Positions 1 through 12,177 of a stretch of DNA of 64,000 nucleotides are shown one piece after another. Made by a program: the position numbers and the translations under genes. Origin of the DNA: Azolla caroliniana (Eukaryota; Plantae; Polypodiophyta); assembly GCA_043228905.1 (NCBI GenBank), contig JBHGNT010000002.1, forward strand, positions 20,398,001 through 20,462,000, read 5' to 3'. Each line of letters starts with the position of its first letter. Positions within the stretch are counted from its first letter, which is position 1. The notes beneath the pieces are model-generated. The model saw nothing but the letters and a program-made list of their open reading frames with translations, was not told the origin of the DNA and did no database searches.

Positions 1-2011
1 TGGGCAACACGCAATTAGGTGGATGGAAGTATATTTTTCAAAACAGTGCGACATTATGCCTACGACAGGAAGACTACATTTTTCAGATAACTTTACTCGA
101 AGGGAAGTTTACCAATCATACAAGGACGACATGTCAGTAGATGATGCACCTTACATAAAGTATAGACATTTTAATCAATTGTGGAGGTTACAATTTAACA
201 ATGTGGTTATCCAACAAAAGGTACGAATGGGAGTCTGCTCAATATGTGCAAGTTTAAAAAGTATGGCCAAGGGTGGAAAATCAGATGTAGAGATAAGGAA
301 TTACAAGAACCTATTAAAAGAACATCGTGAAAGTCAAGCATTGGAACGTTCTAAGGCTATGCATCACTGACAAAAAGTGCTTCAATATCCTGAAAAGTAT
401 ATGTGCATGATTATTGATGGCATGGATCAAAAGAAGACTTGTTTGCCGCATTTCCAACGACTCCCAAAAGATATTGCAGATGAGTGCCTCGTGCAAATGC
501 ATCTAGTAGGGTGTTTGACATATTGTCAAACAATAAGGCCACAAGTATTCTTAACTTATCCTAATATCCACAATGACCCTAATCTCACTGTCACTATCAT
601 GCACAGAGTATTGCAATCATGGTCGGGCATAGTACCGCCAGTTCTATACGTGCAACTAGACAACACAGCAAGAGAGAATAAAAACTCAACGGTCTTCGGT
701 TATCTAAGCATGCTAGCAGAGAGGGGCATATTTAAAAAGATAAAGGTCAACTTCTTATTAGTTGTTCATAACCCATGATCACATAGATCAAATGTTTAGT
801 AGGTTCTCAAAGAAACTAGCTCGTTGTAATGCTTCCACGCTTACCACGCTATCAAAATTGATAAGTGAAGCATATACACCAAAGCCTAAAGTATATCACT
901 TGAATGAAGTGTACGACTTTAAACGTTTCTGCATGGATGGTGATGGGACTAAATGTAGGGTGCTTGCACCTCTTAATAATATAAGTTTCAACCATGTCTT
1001 CCTCATAAAACAAACCTCAGCCCACCTCAAGATGACGGTGTTTATTGCAAAACAATACTCATCTAGTACACAATGGGAGCCCCAAGAAGGTTGTAGGCTC
1101 CTACTTCATATCCCTGATGCACCACTGCATGGTGCACAACAAATGCCATATGATGATCATAAAAATGTGGCACCCAATAGTTTTATTGATGAACAAAGGG
1201 CATATTGGTTGCGATGTCTTGAAGAGAAACAAAAGAATATTGATCGCACCAAGAAGTACGCTGGTGATGAGGATGTTGAATGGTGGGAGATCTTCTTCAC
1301 CCATCAATGCACCATTTTAGATAATTACATCGTCGGATTTTTGCCAATCCATAAGCCATTCACATGGAATATTGGGGTGCCATCAATGATATTGCCGACT
1401 CATCACCAACCATTGAATAATATAGAGCTTCATAATTTAGTTCAACCACTGCAAAGAGATATTTACGTGGGACCAAGAAAGTCACGTATTGTTGAGGCAA
1501 GATGGCAAGGTAATTTGCAAGAACTACAAGTTGGAATGTTGGTCGCAACATTAGTTGGGATCCATTTTGGATTGCAAAAATTATTGAATTAGTGAAGGAT
1601 GAAGAAGGCAATCAGACAAAGTCAATTGTGGTCCACTGGTATCAGACATTTGCACCTGATGCATTTACGGGAAAGTATTCTTTAGAGATGGTTAAGGATG
1701 TCGAATGTTCAAGCAGAAAGAGATGAAGAAAAAATATACCGAGCATAGCTACTCTCGCACTAGACCGTGTTGACATACTAGTATACGACTTCTCATTGAC
1801 AAAATCAGGCCATCTAAGACAAGCCACCATCAAGATAATAAAGGAGAAAATCCCAAATATGGTATCAAACAATATACAGAGACTAACCAGAAGCAATTCT
1901 CATAACCACAAAGATGTTGGCTTGGAATTGGACGAAGATAATGCATTGATTGCCACTGATGATGAGGATGAGACGTCAGAATGCTCTTCCAGTCCATCAG
2001 ACATGTCTTAA
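1..2011 (+). pseudogene. DDD-type cut-and-paste transposase pseudogene (Sola-like / DUF7869-type), 5' end outside window
   Basis: ORFs 23-370, 377-778, 762-1592 and 1796-2011 join into one protein with CSIC (CxxC), IDGMDQKKTCLP, LYVQLDNTARENKN and FLLV(G)HTHDHIDQMFS motifs. It is broken by stops (368, ~1724) and frameshifts (~770, ~1560). Confidence 0.7.
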
Positions 2012-2334
2012 AATGTTGACTTGGTTCAAGCTCGGGATCGTTTTACTACATGATCTGAAACTTTGTAAATTACTTTCAGATGTTAAATCACAAATATGTA
2101 TAATTATAGCTAGTAGTCATGTTGTACATTCTTTTGTAATTTTGGCGATGTATATTGTTAGGTATTTTACTTATGTCGAAAAGTGGTAGGCATGTTGAAA
2201 TTCAATATATTTTGCCACATTTTTTGAAAAGCTTTATGCATGTGTCACGTCTTTTTGTAAATTTCATGGTTTTGTGCCCTTTTTCGACATAGTGTTCTTA
2301 AAATGCGACATATTACTTGCTTCAAATGACCCGG

Positions 2335-3400
2335 TGTTGAAGGAGAACTGAAGAAGCGGGACCTTCTAGAAAACCCGAGACCCAAGAGCAAAAGAGACGA
2401 GAAATTGAACGAGTTGTTGCGGAGGTGATGAAAGAAGAAAAAGGTAAGCAAAAGATAGCCCCGTCATTCAGACTCGCCTCCGACATCGAAACATCCACCG
2501 ACCTAAAGCATGTGCTAGAATCAAGGATTCTCGATAGTAAAGTTGAGTTAACACTCCGGGACGTACTAGGGATCGCGAAGAAGGAATTTCATAAAGTGAT
2601 CATTGATGTGATTCGGAGGAAAAGACAAGTGGTTGAAGAAACGGGTAGAGTAAATACCGTCATGATACGAGAGGAAGATGAAGATATGGAGACTACATTG
2701 TTAGCTGGGGTACGGAGTGCTGACAGACAATGTAGTCATGAAGAGGAACGAAGCCATTGCACCCGTACACACTGGGCTCAGGCGACAACTGAGGCTCTAG
2801 TCAGAATTGGAGATCAGATGGAAACCATGTGTGGCACTCATCAACCATGGCTCCGAGATAAATATCATATCGTCTGATTTTTACAATCGTGGGAGATGGC
2901 CAATAGAAAGGAACCACGGTTGGAAGGTGAGAGCAGCAATTGAGGTCGTGGAGGATTTATGTGGCGCATGCCCAAATATTAAAGTCACAATTGGGGACGT
3001 GTCAGTAGATCAAAACTTCTTCATCCAAGAGAAGTCATTTTATCCAATAATTATGGGGCAATCGTACATCACAACAGTGCGAATGGAGACTAAAGTGATT
3101 GATAACGGAGCAGCATTTCCCAGGATTGAAACCCAGGATGGGAAGAGGTTGGTACAGTTCCTTACTGTTCAACCAAATCACGAAAGAAATAGGGAGCACC
3201 TACGAGATCATCCACTCCGAGATGTGGGGAATTTCGTACAGGACTTCTAGAGTGGACCCTTACTAAAAGGGGTCGTAATGGTACAACGGAGAAAATAAGG
3301 ATAAAGAATTTTTCAAAGAGGATCAAAATGAAGTGGTGTGAACTCGCCCACAGGTGTGCAAGTTCAAAGGGGGTGGGTGTCATGAAGTTGACACTTCACG
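2335..3400 (+). mobile_element. Ty3/Gypsy internal fragment (gag C-terminal/DUF4100-like region plus aspartic protease), Trp-primed type
   Basis: FRLASDIE...LRDVLGIAKKEFH and ALINHGSEINIIS; homologous to the minus-strand region at 54187-55450; frameshift near 2810-2830. Confidence 0.8.
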
Positions 3401-3401
3401 A

Positions 3402-4323
3402 TGTGAAAACAATTTCAAAAATCTATAGAAGTACATTTCCCATCTGGGGCTTATGACAAGGAGCATGAAGGAATTTTCGGTTCGTGAATCAGAGTTCAAA
3501 AGCCGAAGATACAAGGTTCAAAAGGATTAATGTTACTTGGGACAAAACTGTAATTATGTAAAAAGGGGGAGTCAAAATTAAATGAGGGCTATTTCTATAA
3601 TTTCTCAAATATAGAACTATAAAATTGAATTGTAGCATCAATAAATAAATAAATAATAAATAAAGAAAAGAAAAAATAAAAATAAAAATAAAAATACAAC
3701 CACCTACATGAGGTGGTTTGTCAACCGCCTCAAGAGGGTGGTAGGGCGGTTGACCACCCTATATAAGCCACGCCTATGGTGGCTAAAGAGGAGAGAGGGG
3801 AAAGGAGGAGAAGAGGAAGAAGAAGAGGAAGAAAAAGCGAGTGAAGAAGCTCATGTGGGTATGAGATGCAGAGCTCTCCAAAGAAGATGGTGGCCTGCAT
3901 AAATCAAGACAAGAATTGAAGAAAAGAAATGAGATATAAGAAAAGGAAGAAGTTAAACTGGTGTATTTCAAATGCCTCTTTGTAAGCAAAAGGTCATGAG
4001 TTTGAATTCTCTTCGAATAGCTTATTTTGGTAATCAAATTTTGTAATATAAATTTAGTATATATAAAGAAATTGAAGTGGTCTATCTCAAACGCTTCTTC
4101 GCAAATAGAGTTTGTGAGTTCAAGTCTTGCCAAGTAACTTTTGGCAAATAAATATTGTAAGTGGTTGTTTTAAAAATAAAATTCTTTTCGCGACAACGTC
4201 GCATCTATCTTGCCTTCTCGGCTTCTTGTCATCACACCATCTACAATTACGCATTTTCACACCGATCATCCCCAAGTCACAGAACCCCGGCGGTTGCGAC
4301 ACACAACCACAATCTTCTCAACA
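3402..4323 (+). mobile_element. LTR remnant related to the Trp-primed Gypsy LTR family (left boundary uncertain)
   Basis: TATA cctatataag at ~3758; 3' end aaccccggcggtt...cttctcaaca resembles the LTR ends at 41536 and 61557. Confidence 0.5.
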
Positions 4324-4329
4324 ACGTTG

Positions 4330-7300
4330 AACTTTCAACATTATTGACCTAGAAAACAACCATGTAGATGCCATATAGCAAAAAGAGGACAGAAGCACCG
4401 AATTAGCTACAACTACATGTCCAGCTAAGGATAAATTTTCCTTATTCTAATATACTAGTTTATTCCTTAATCTTAACAATAAGGGCGCAATCATATCTTT
4501 TATCTTTAATCCCACACCCACTCGATCACCTAGATACCTAATGGACTAACCTTAAGGTATCCACGTGAATCCTAAGGAAGGTACATTAACTGGCGGATCT
4601 CCCAAAGCAACCCAAAAACTTGATGATTTATCCCAATTTATCAATGCACCTAATGCATCTGAGAAATCATCCACGACCTTTTGCACCTATAACAAATTAC
4701 AATGTGAGGCCTGAACATATAAAGTTGTATCATCAACGAATTCACTATCCACACCAGCATTTGCCACTGGTAGTGCTAAACCTTTAATATTTACATATTG
4801 AGAATTTAAATGTATAGAAAATGCTTCAGATACTAGCAAAAATAGGAAATGAGCAAGTGGACATCCTTGCCGTATAGAGCTTGAAATAGAAAACCTCTTA
4901 CCAATGTCCCTTGCAAATAAGAGAGAATTATTTGCATTACGATATAATGTTGATACTCCTCTTCTCCATATGCTTGGGAAACCCATCCTGAAGAGTGTTC
5001 CCTCCATAAAATCCCAGTCGACTCTGTCGTAAGATTTTTCAAAATCAAGAAATAACACCGCCAGATCTTGCTTCTGCAATTCAGCGAAGGTCACCATTTC
5101 CCAAAAGAGAATAATATTATAAAAAATACTTCTCTCTTGCAAAAAACTAGTCTGGGTATCATGAATCAACTCCGAAAGATAAGGTTGTAACCGTCTAGCT
5201 ATCATTTTTGCTAATATCTTATAAATAACATTTAACAAGGTGATTGGTCTTCAATGGCTAAGCTCTTCTAACTATCCACTTGTTTTAGGAATCATATAGA
5301 TTAAACCCTCCTTCCATTCTTGTTGCATATTTCTGGAATCTAAAATCTGTTGATAGGCTTTGGTCAATCCATCACCTATCAAATCCCAATACTGGATATA
5401 CCATTGAATTCCCAGCCCATCCAAACCTGGACAAACACCCTTTGCAAGGGCTTTTACTGCTTTGAAAACCTCTTGAGGACTTAATGGTTGCAAAAGACAA
5501 CCTAAAAGTTGTATAGACACCCTATTATGAATCCTAGACCATATGATGTCCCTCTTAACCAAATTAGCCTTAGAAAAGGGTCTAGCTTTTAACAAAGCCT
5601 CATAATAATCAGAGGCTATTTGCCCCATCTGACTAGGATAAGTTGTATAGGAGCCATCAGGACATTTTAATCTAGAAATCCTAGCCGATGACTTATGATG
5701 ATTATGCACTACAAAGAACAACTTATTGACTTTGTCTCCCGATTCTGCCCATGCGGATGATATATTGTGATAATTAAAACCAACAGAAATCTTTTCTAAG
5801 TCCAATATTTGATTCCCTCTTGTACCAGTTGAGAACTTATATAACTCGAATATGGTCTTCTCTCTTCCAACTGTTGCAGGGATTTCAATCCCCTACCAAG
5901 CCTACCTATTTTAGTTAAAGACACATAAAATACTTGTTTAGCCTTACCGTTAAAAAATTGTTGTGTTTCACTAATAGCCTTCTAGACACTAGATAATGCA
6001 TAATCATAGGAGTAGTCATACTTATTCCAAATATTATGCACAGTAGGAGCACAATCTAGGCTAAGAAACACATGATTCGGAATTCTAAACCTAGAGTTCT
6101 TATAATGCTCCTGCAAGACTATAACTAACTGAAGCGGTGCATGATCAGAAAAGGAAAATGAAGGTATGATTCCAATGGAACCTCCTTTGTCCCATAAAAA
6201 CTTATCAGCATAGAATCTATCTAACCTAGACTAATCCGTATGTGACTGTCTTCTATCTGATCTTGAATACTCTAAGGAATCCTGTATCCTTACAAAAGAA
6301 GACACTTGCCACAAGTCCAATAAACCTAAAGAAAAAAGTAAACGTTCCCATTCATATAGTTCTAAACTAGATATTGTTTGTGATGTGCCTCCTAACCTAT
6401 CACACCCATCCTCCAACATATTAAAATCACCCGCAATTGCCCAGTGGTCAACAATTGGTAATTGTGCCAATAGGCTCTTCCAAAATATCGTTCTATCTTT
6501 GGTATTGTTCAATGCATATATATTCAACAATCCCCATTTTTTCAAACCAATTTGAAGAATTACATAATGACCTCTACCACAAGTCAAGACTCCGTAATGT
6601 AAGGAAGAAGACCACCAAATGTCATTTATTGCAATGCAAAGTCCTGCCTTCAGATTATTATCCCTAGTTGCAGGCACCCAGAACTGTCGCCACTGGCTTG
6701 GCAACAAATTTCCATATTTTTGTATCCTTTGTTCATTTAAATGATGCTCTTGAATCAGAAGAATATCAATCCTACCTATATAAGACTTCCTTAACTGATG
6801 ACGGAAAACACTCCTTACTTTATGGTAATGTCTTCCTCCCAAGTCCCGTACATTCCATGAAATAATATTTAACCTATCCATCATTCATGTTTTGCACTCC
6901 TACTCTCCTTTCGGCAAGTGCAATGTCTCTATCCTTCCTTCCATCCTCCGAGGCCTGCAATTGTCTCTTATTTGACCAAATGTCTTTCCCAGTCAACTTA
7001 TGTGCACGCACTGGCATATGTTTATCTATAATAGAAACCCTATCGGGTGACTTCGCAACTGTAGTAAAAGCAACTATATTGCCACAATTCATGTGTATGG
7101 TCAACCTTGACCACTTCATTTTTTTTCTTTTTAAACTCTTCCAAAGCTACGGATCTATCAAGTTGTTGTACATGATCTAAAAGTAGTTGTTTATCGTTAC
7201 TAAATTGATTATTAGCCTTAAAAATAGATTCTACATCTTGTACCTTCGAAAATGTGTCTTGTGAATTATGTTGCTCCTTTGTGAAAACTGGGAGGGAAAA

Positions 7301-8060
7301 ACCGTCATCCACTTGACTAATCCCCACCTCCTTTTCCACTTCCTGCAAAGAGTGATAAGGGTTATCCTCAACTAATAACACTAGATTAACCAACTTACGA
7401 GTCAGTTTAAAAACATGTTTAGCAGAAACTGTAGACCAGCCCTCATTATTAACATTTGGTCGAGTAGGTGAATGTGCTTCAACATTCGGGCGAGGTTTCT
7501 GACAATCTCTACCTAAATGACCAAACAGTCGACACAAAAAACATTGATTAGGCAAACCTTGATAATATACCTTTTGCACAACCGGTGATTTATTTATAAG
7601 TAAGTTAGGTAAAGCAATAGTTGTTGGCAACCGAACAGATCTTGGTGCGATTAACTGAACAGCAGGGACCCCACCCACTTGTCCAACATGCGTAACAATG
7701 ACCTTACCTAACAAAGTTCCAATACGAGGAAGAACATTCCTCCATTCCTTCCTCAATCCAGGGAATATTGCCATAAAAACCATACTAGACTCTTGATCCT
7801 ACAATATGTCTTCTACCTCAACATTATGAGACCATTTATGAAAAGATACCCACGCACCTTCCACGCATGCCTCCCTAATTGCTAGTAGCCTTGTGTCGGC
7901 CTCCTCGCTTGAAAATTCCACATGGTAACATCCTCGAGACATGAATTGAATATTGATTATGTTATCTGCTTCCTCCGAGAAAGCCGCGTACAAAGTATGT
8001 TGAAGTTCCGAACGATTTATTCTCAAACCTTGTACTTCCACTCAACCTTAGTGCTCGACA
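4330..8060 (-). mobile_element. L1-clade LINE, degenerate (ORF1 with zinc knuckle; ORF2 with AP endonuclease and reverse transcriptase)
   Basis: ORF1 pieces 7799-8041 and 7040-7783 with CFLCRLFGHLGRDC. ORF2 pieces have IISWNVR, LLIQEHH, AGDFN (APE) and PGLDG, LDFEKSYDRV, RQGCPL, FVDD (RT). Many stops. Confidence 0.92.
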
Positions 8061-8068
8061 AAGCCACT

Positions 8069-8388
8069 TCTTGATGGGTGGGGGTGGAGCCATTCTCCCA
8101 AGGGGTTCAAATGTGAGGGGAGATTGAGAGAGACACACAGAGAGAATGAGAGAGAGGAAATCGAGACAAACACGAGTTGAGGGTAACTTCACTATATCTC
8201 CTTCTTTCTTTCATGCCCCATGGGTGGGGTTTAAATAGTACAAGATCTTATCAAACATTATAAATAGTCAAATAGGGTTAGTTACACCTACTTAACCCAC
8301 TCACACTCACACATTAACATTTCATATTACATATTACACACCTTACACATTACACTCTTAACCCTCCCGTACACCTATATGGGTAATA
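8069..8388 (-). mobile_element. Gypsy LTR (family 'B'), 3' LTR of a minus-strand element
   Basis: Near-copy of 12868-13168 and related to 40225-40644 and 54856-55389; TATA-like ctatttaaa on the minus strand followed by a CT-rich tract. Confidence 0.75.
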
Positions 8389-8997
8389 CCTGGCACGCCT
8401 GTAGGACAGTGCATTGCATGTCGAACCCACAAGGCCATGCCAAAAACGCGTTCACTGGAACTCCACCGGCCTTCTCTTCTCTCATTGGACAAAAATCCCT
8501 CGACCGGATCATTGCTCTACTATCGATAACTTCTTGCTCTGTGTCTCTTATCTGTCTCTCTTTCCTCATTTGTCAGCGTCGATTCTGTCTTCTCTGCTTG
8601 GTTGTCTTTCTTTCTTCTTTCATTGTTTTCCTTTCTTGACTCAATTTTTCTTCCTTTGTGCGTTCCTTCTTCTCTTGTTGTGTGTTGTTTAGGATACAAA
8701 ATTTGTACTTCATTTCTTTATTCCTTTTAACATTAAATGATGTTTGGGGAAATCTTGATGCTTGTAATGGTGATTTAAGATGCACTTTAATATTGAATTG
8801 AAAATTAAAAGTTATATTATAACTAACTAGTCATATTGTTGAATGGTCAACTTGGAATACATTTAATTCATCATGATGATATTGCCATGCACACCTTGGG
8901 AGCTTTACTTCCATTATCGTATCACAATGAAATTAAAATATCATTTTGTGCTCACAAATGTAAGCATGGCATACAATTAAACTATGCTTCTACATGC

Positions 8998-9007
8998 TCT
9001 ATTTAAA
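8998..9007 (+). promoter_or_regulatory. Putative TATA box of dirigent gene 1
   Basis: ctatttaaa about 90 nt upstream of the ATG; conserved in copy 2 (~22237). Confidence 0.55.
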
Positions 9008-9094
9008 GCTAGCCAAATCCTTGGAAAGGCCATTCCATATCTCTCTTGAAAACTTCATCATCAGTACTTAGAATTCATCTCAATACTTATAGAA

Positions 9095-9646
9095 ATGGCA
9101 TTTAGATATAACGTTTCCTACATGAAGATGATGGTACTTATGGTGCTTCTAATGGTGACATGTGTTGCAGCAAAAAAGAAGGTGGTATTGAAGTACTACA
9201 CACAACAACAAGTTGGGGTAAATGAGTTTGGGATGGTCTCAGCAGTTGTTCCTCCGGCCAAAGGCACATTAACTGGTGTTGGCCTTCAAGTGGTTTATAA
9301 CTACACATTGACCAAGACAGGAAACCCAACATCGCAAGTATTGGGATCCATTCGCGGCACCTCTGTGGTGGCCTCCAACACTGTAAATGCCACCTTTTTT
9401 GTTGTCAACACCGTTGTGCATTACGTTAATCCCAAGAAAGGTGGTCTAAAGGGTACCTTCACCACACAAGGTGAGGCCAACTTTGGTAGTGGACAACCCT
9501 TCGAATTAGCCGTGACAGGCGGCACTGGTGACTTTCGTGGGGTGTATGGCTACACTGTCGCCAACAACTTCAAATTTACGCCACCTACTGGCAACTCAAC
9601 TGCCAAGGTCACAAAATTTTATCGAACTAGCCTTTGGTGGATCTAA
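9095..9646 (+). CDS. Secreted dirigent-domain (DIR/AOC-like beta-barrel) protein, 183 aa, intronless
   Basis: Hydrophobic signal peptide (MMVLMVLLMVTCVAA); LT..GNPTSQVLGSIRG and FELAVTGGTGDFRGVYGY match the dirigent C-terminal motifs; N-glycosylation sequons; TATA upstream. Confidence 0.88.
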   Translation: MAFRYNVSYMKMMVLMVLLMVTCVAAKKKVVLKYYTQQQVGVNEFGMVSAVVPPAKGTLTGVGLQVVYNYTLTKTGNPTSQVLGSIRGTSVVASNTVNATFFVVNTVVHYVNPKKGGLKGTFTTQGEANFGSGQPFELAVTGGTGDFRGVYGYTVANNFKFTPPTGNSTAKVTKFYRTSLWWI

Positions 9647-10999
9647 ATTATAGATGCTTGATTTATCTTCCTTATTTCTAGGATTGATAAAAAAATACAT
9701 GGCTTTAGGGAACTCTTTCTTTCATACCAATTAATATGAATTGGTGAATGCGTTGTCTTCCTATATGTAGGAAGATTTATTTATTTATTTATTAATAATG
9801 AAACTTAATATCATGGATCCTACAAAATCATGCAAAGATCAATTTCTAGTTTGATTTCAATGATGATAAATTATGTTACACAATGTTTCACTATACATGC
9901 AAGATGATTGTGTTCCATATTTGAGGATTCTCATTTCTTTTGTTTAAGCATGTGAATGTGCAACTATAAACAATGGCGTATTGAACGTTGGAATAAACCT
10001 CTCCCATTTATATACATTTGTTTTTTTAACTTAAGAATGAAATCACTAATATATGTCCCACTAGATGGCTAACAAGATGGGGTATGGTGAGACCCATCAA
10101 ACCACATTTTTCCACTCTACTCTAACCCAAAAAATCGGGTTTCAAATTACAATGTGAAGAAATCCAAATGTCTCCCAATGTAAAGCACCACTTTACCAAC
10201 CTCGAAAACCTTCTCCAAGTCCAAGTCAATCCACGGATGTTTGGTATTGGTTGTATTTTCGTAGTTGTAGATAGTATTTAGATAACGAGAAAAACCTTCA
10301 CCATGTGCTTTTGAGGCATCTCTATCATTTTATGAGTCCGGATATACTAGCTCTTGGTATAGCACGATGATGATTTGGCTGCTTGGAAACGGCCTAGACA
10401 TTAATAACCGACGTCCCCTTAGGCACAACGACTAGATTGATAAAATTTTAATCTCTCGTGTGAGGACCATAATAAAGTAATAATGCTTTTGAATTTTTTG
10501 TGAGCTACCCTTTTCTTTTTTCGATTTTCCTTTTTCTTTTTCTTCCTATCTTCTTCTCTCTTCATCTCTTTCTTCTCTATTGTTATAGTTTGCATTTTCT
10601 GTGTTTCTAATATTCTTGTTTGCTAACTGCATTTGGCACTACAGACTGTTCCATGATTTTCTTTGTCTTGTTATCTATTCCTATTAGGTGTCTTCGTCTG
10701 CAGGGGAGGAGGAGGAGGAGGAGAATGAAGCCTGCATCACTTCTTGCTCTGGGTCTGTGTCTGTGTCTCTCTTTCATCCTTGGATGTCTTTCTTTCTTTC
10801 TTTCTTTCCTTGTTTTCCTTTCTTCACTATGTTTTTCTTCCTGTATGCTTTCCTTCTTCTCTTTGTTGTGTGTTGTTGTTCCTCTTCGTTTCTCTTTTGT
10901 CTTTGTGTTCTCATCTCCTCTTGCAGAGCAACCACTGCATCTTCCATGGCTCCAACTTCTTCTTCCTCTTCTTGTTCTTCATTTTCTTTTGTTCTTGAT

Positions 11000-12172
11000 T
11001 TTGTCTGCTCCGAATTTCTGTCCGTCGGCCGTCTGGCCGGCTATCCGTGGCCTCCGTAGTCTGTCCTGCCGCCGCCTTTCTGGGTAGTCGCCATTCGCGG
11101 CCGTCTATCTCTCGGCCGGCTTTCCCTTGGCCATCTCGCGACTGCACTCTCGAACGACAATCCCTTGGCCATCTCACAACTGTCACTCGACCGACCCTTG
11201 GCCACGTCTCTCGGCCGTCGCTTTTCGGCCGCCGTTGTTCAGCTGAAGGGCACAGTCCACTGCCGAATGGCCGGGATTCAAGCATGTGGCGCATTGAATG
11301 GCCTGTCGGAATTGGGCTTCCTCGGTTGTCGATAAAACGCCTCGAAAGGAGATCATGGAGAAAAAGTTGTTGGTTTGGGCCCTGTCCATGGTGAGGACAC
11401 GATCGACAACTTGCTCAATCGTTTGTTGAGAGAAGTCGACGAGAGCTAAAGTGGTTCGAAGGGGTCCTCAGAGTGCCGCAAGGAAGGTGTCTTTCAGGTT
11501 GTTAGCCGAGATTTCCCGAGCTAGCCAATGATAGAGGTTCTGAAATCAAATCGTAAATTGTGGGATTGTCTAATGAGGCTCCTAGGCAATTGTGTAGAAA
11601 TGGCTGAGTAGTTCTCTCTTCGGTATCTATCGATGGAACAGTCGGTTGAACCGATAACGGACACTTAAGAGTAAGCAAACACTCCCAATTCATGCTGGGA
11701 GTACCAACGCGCAGCTTGCCCATCGAGGGACAAGCCAAAATCTGTGATCTTCGATGCTTCGGAATCTGCAGCGGCCAATGGCTGTGACACATGGTTCGTT
11801 TGCCATGTGGTCAAGAAAGATTTAACATGCGCCTCCACATCAGCGCCATCTGTGTATCTCAGATAGGAATACCACATTGTGTCGATGTCGGGGTCGTTTG
11901 GGATCACCGGGAAGAGGATATGTTCTTTGGGTTGGTCGACCTCCGAGATGTTGCCACTAGGTGAGGCATGAGCGGGAACCGTGGCTGATTGAGCATCAGA
12001 TTCCGGAGGTGGCCATTGCTCTGTGAGAGTTGAGTCGGTAGTGTGGTCTGCTCGTTTGGCACATCAGGACATTCGCCGAGTGCGTGTGTTCTAAGGAGGC
12101 GATGTTACCGCGACGAGGTTTTTCTCCAGCGCATTGTTCGTTGTGAACTCACAGCGTGAATCGAGCGTGCCA
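11000..12172 (-). mobile_element. Athila/Tat-like Gypsy gag remnant with short tRNA-Arg PBS
   Basis: DVEAHVKSFLTTW...FGLSLDGQAARWY (retrotrans_gag-like) and CATCLNPGHSAVDC zinc knuckle; PBS TGGCACGCTCG at 12172-12162. Confidence 0.8.
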
Positions 12173-12177
12173 AATTG

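Larger units (their letters stand above)
8407..11190. repeat. Segmental duplication copy 1 (dirigent gene block), paired with 21645-24437
   Basis: Continuous high-identity alignment by eye of promoter, CDS, 3' flank and flanking retroelement-derived sequence. Confidence 0.95.

Noticed and set aside
10620-11087. Hydrophobic Phe/Leu/Ser/Cys-rich ORFs (also 8379-8692 and 23921-24480) as membrane or env-like proteins
   Set aside because: They arise from CT-rich low-complexity DNA that is open in several frames, and the frames are not conserved between the duplicated copies.
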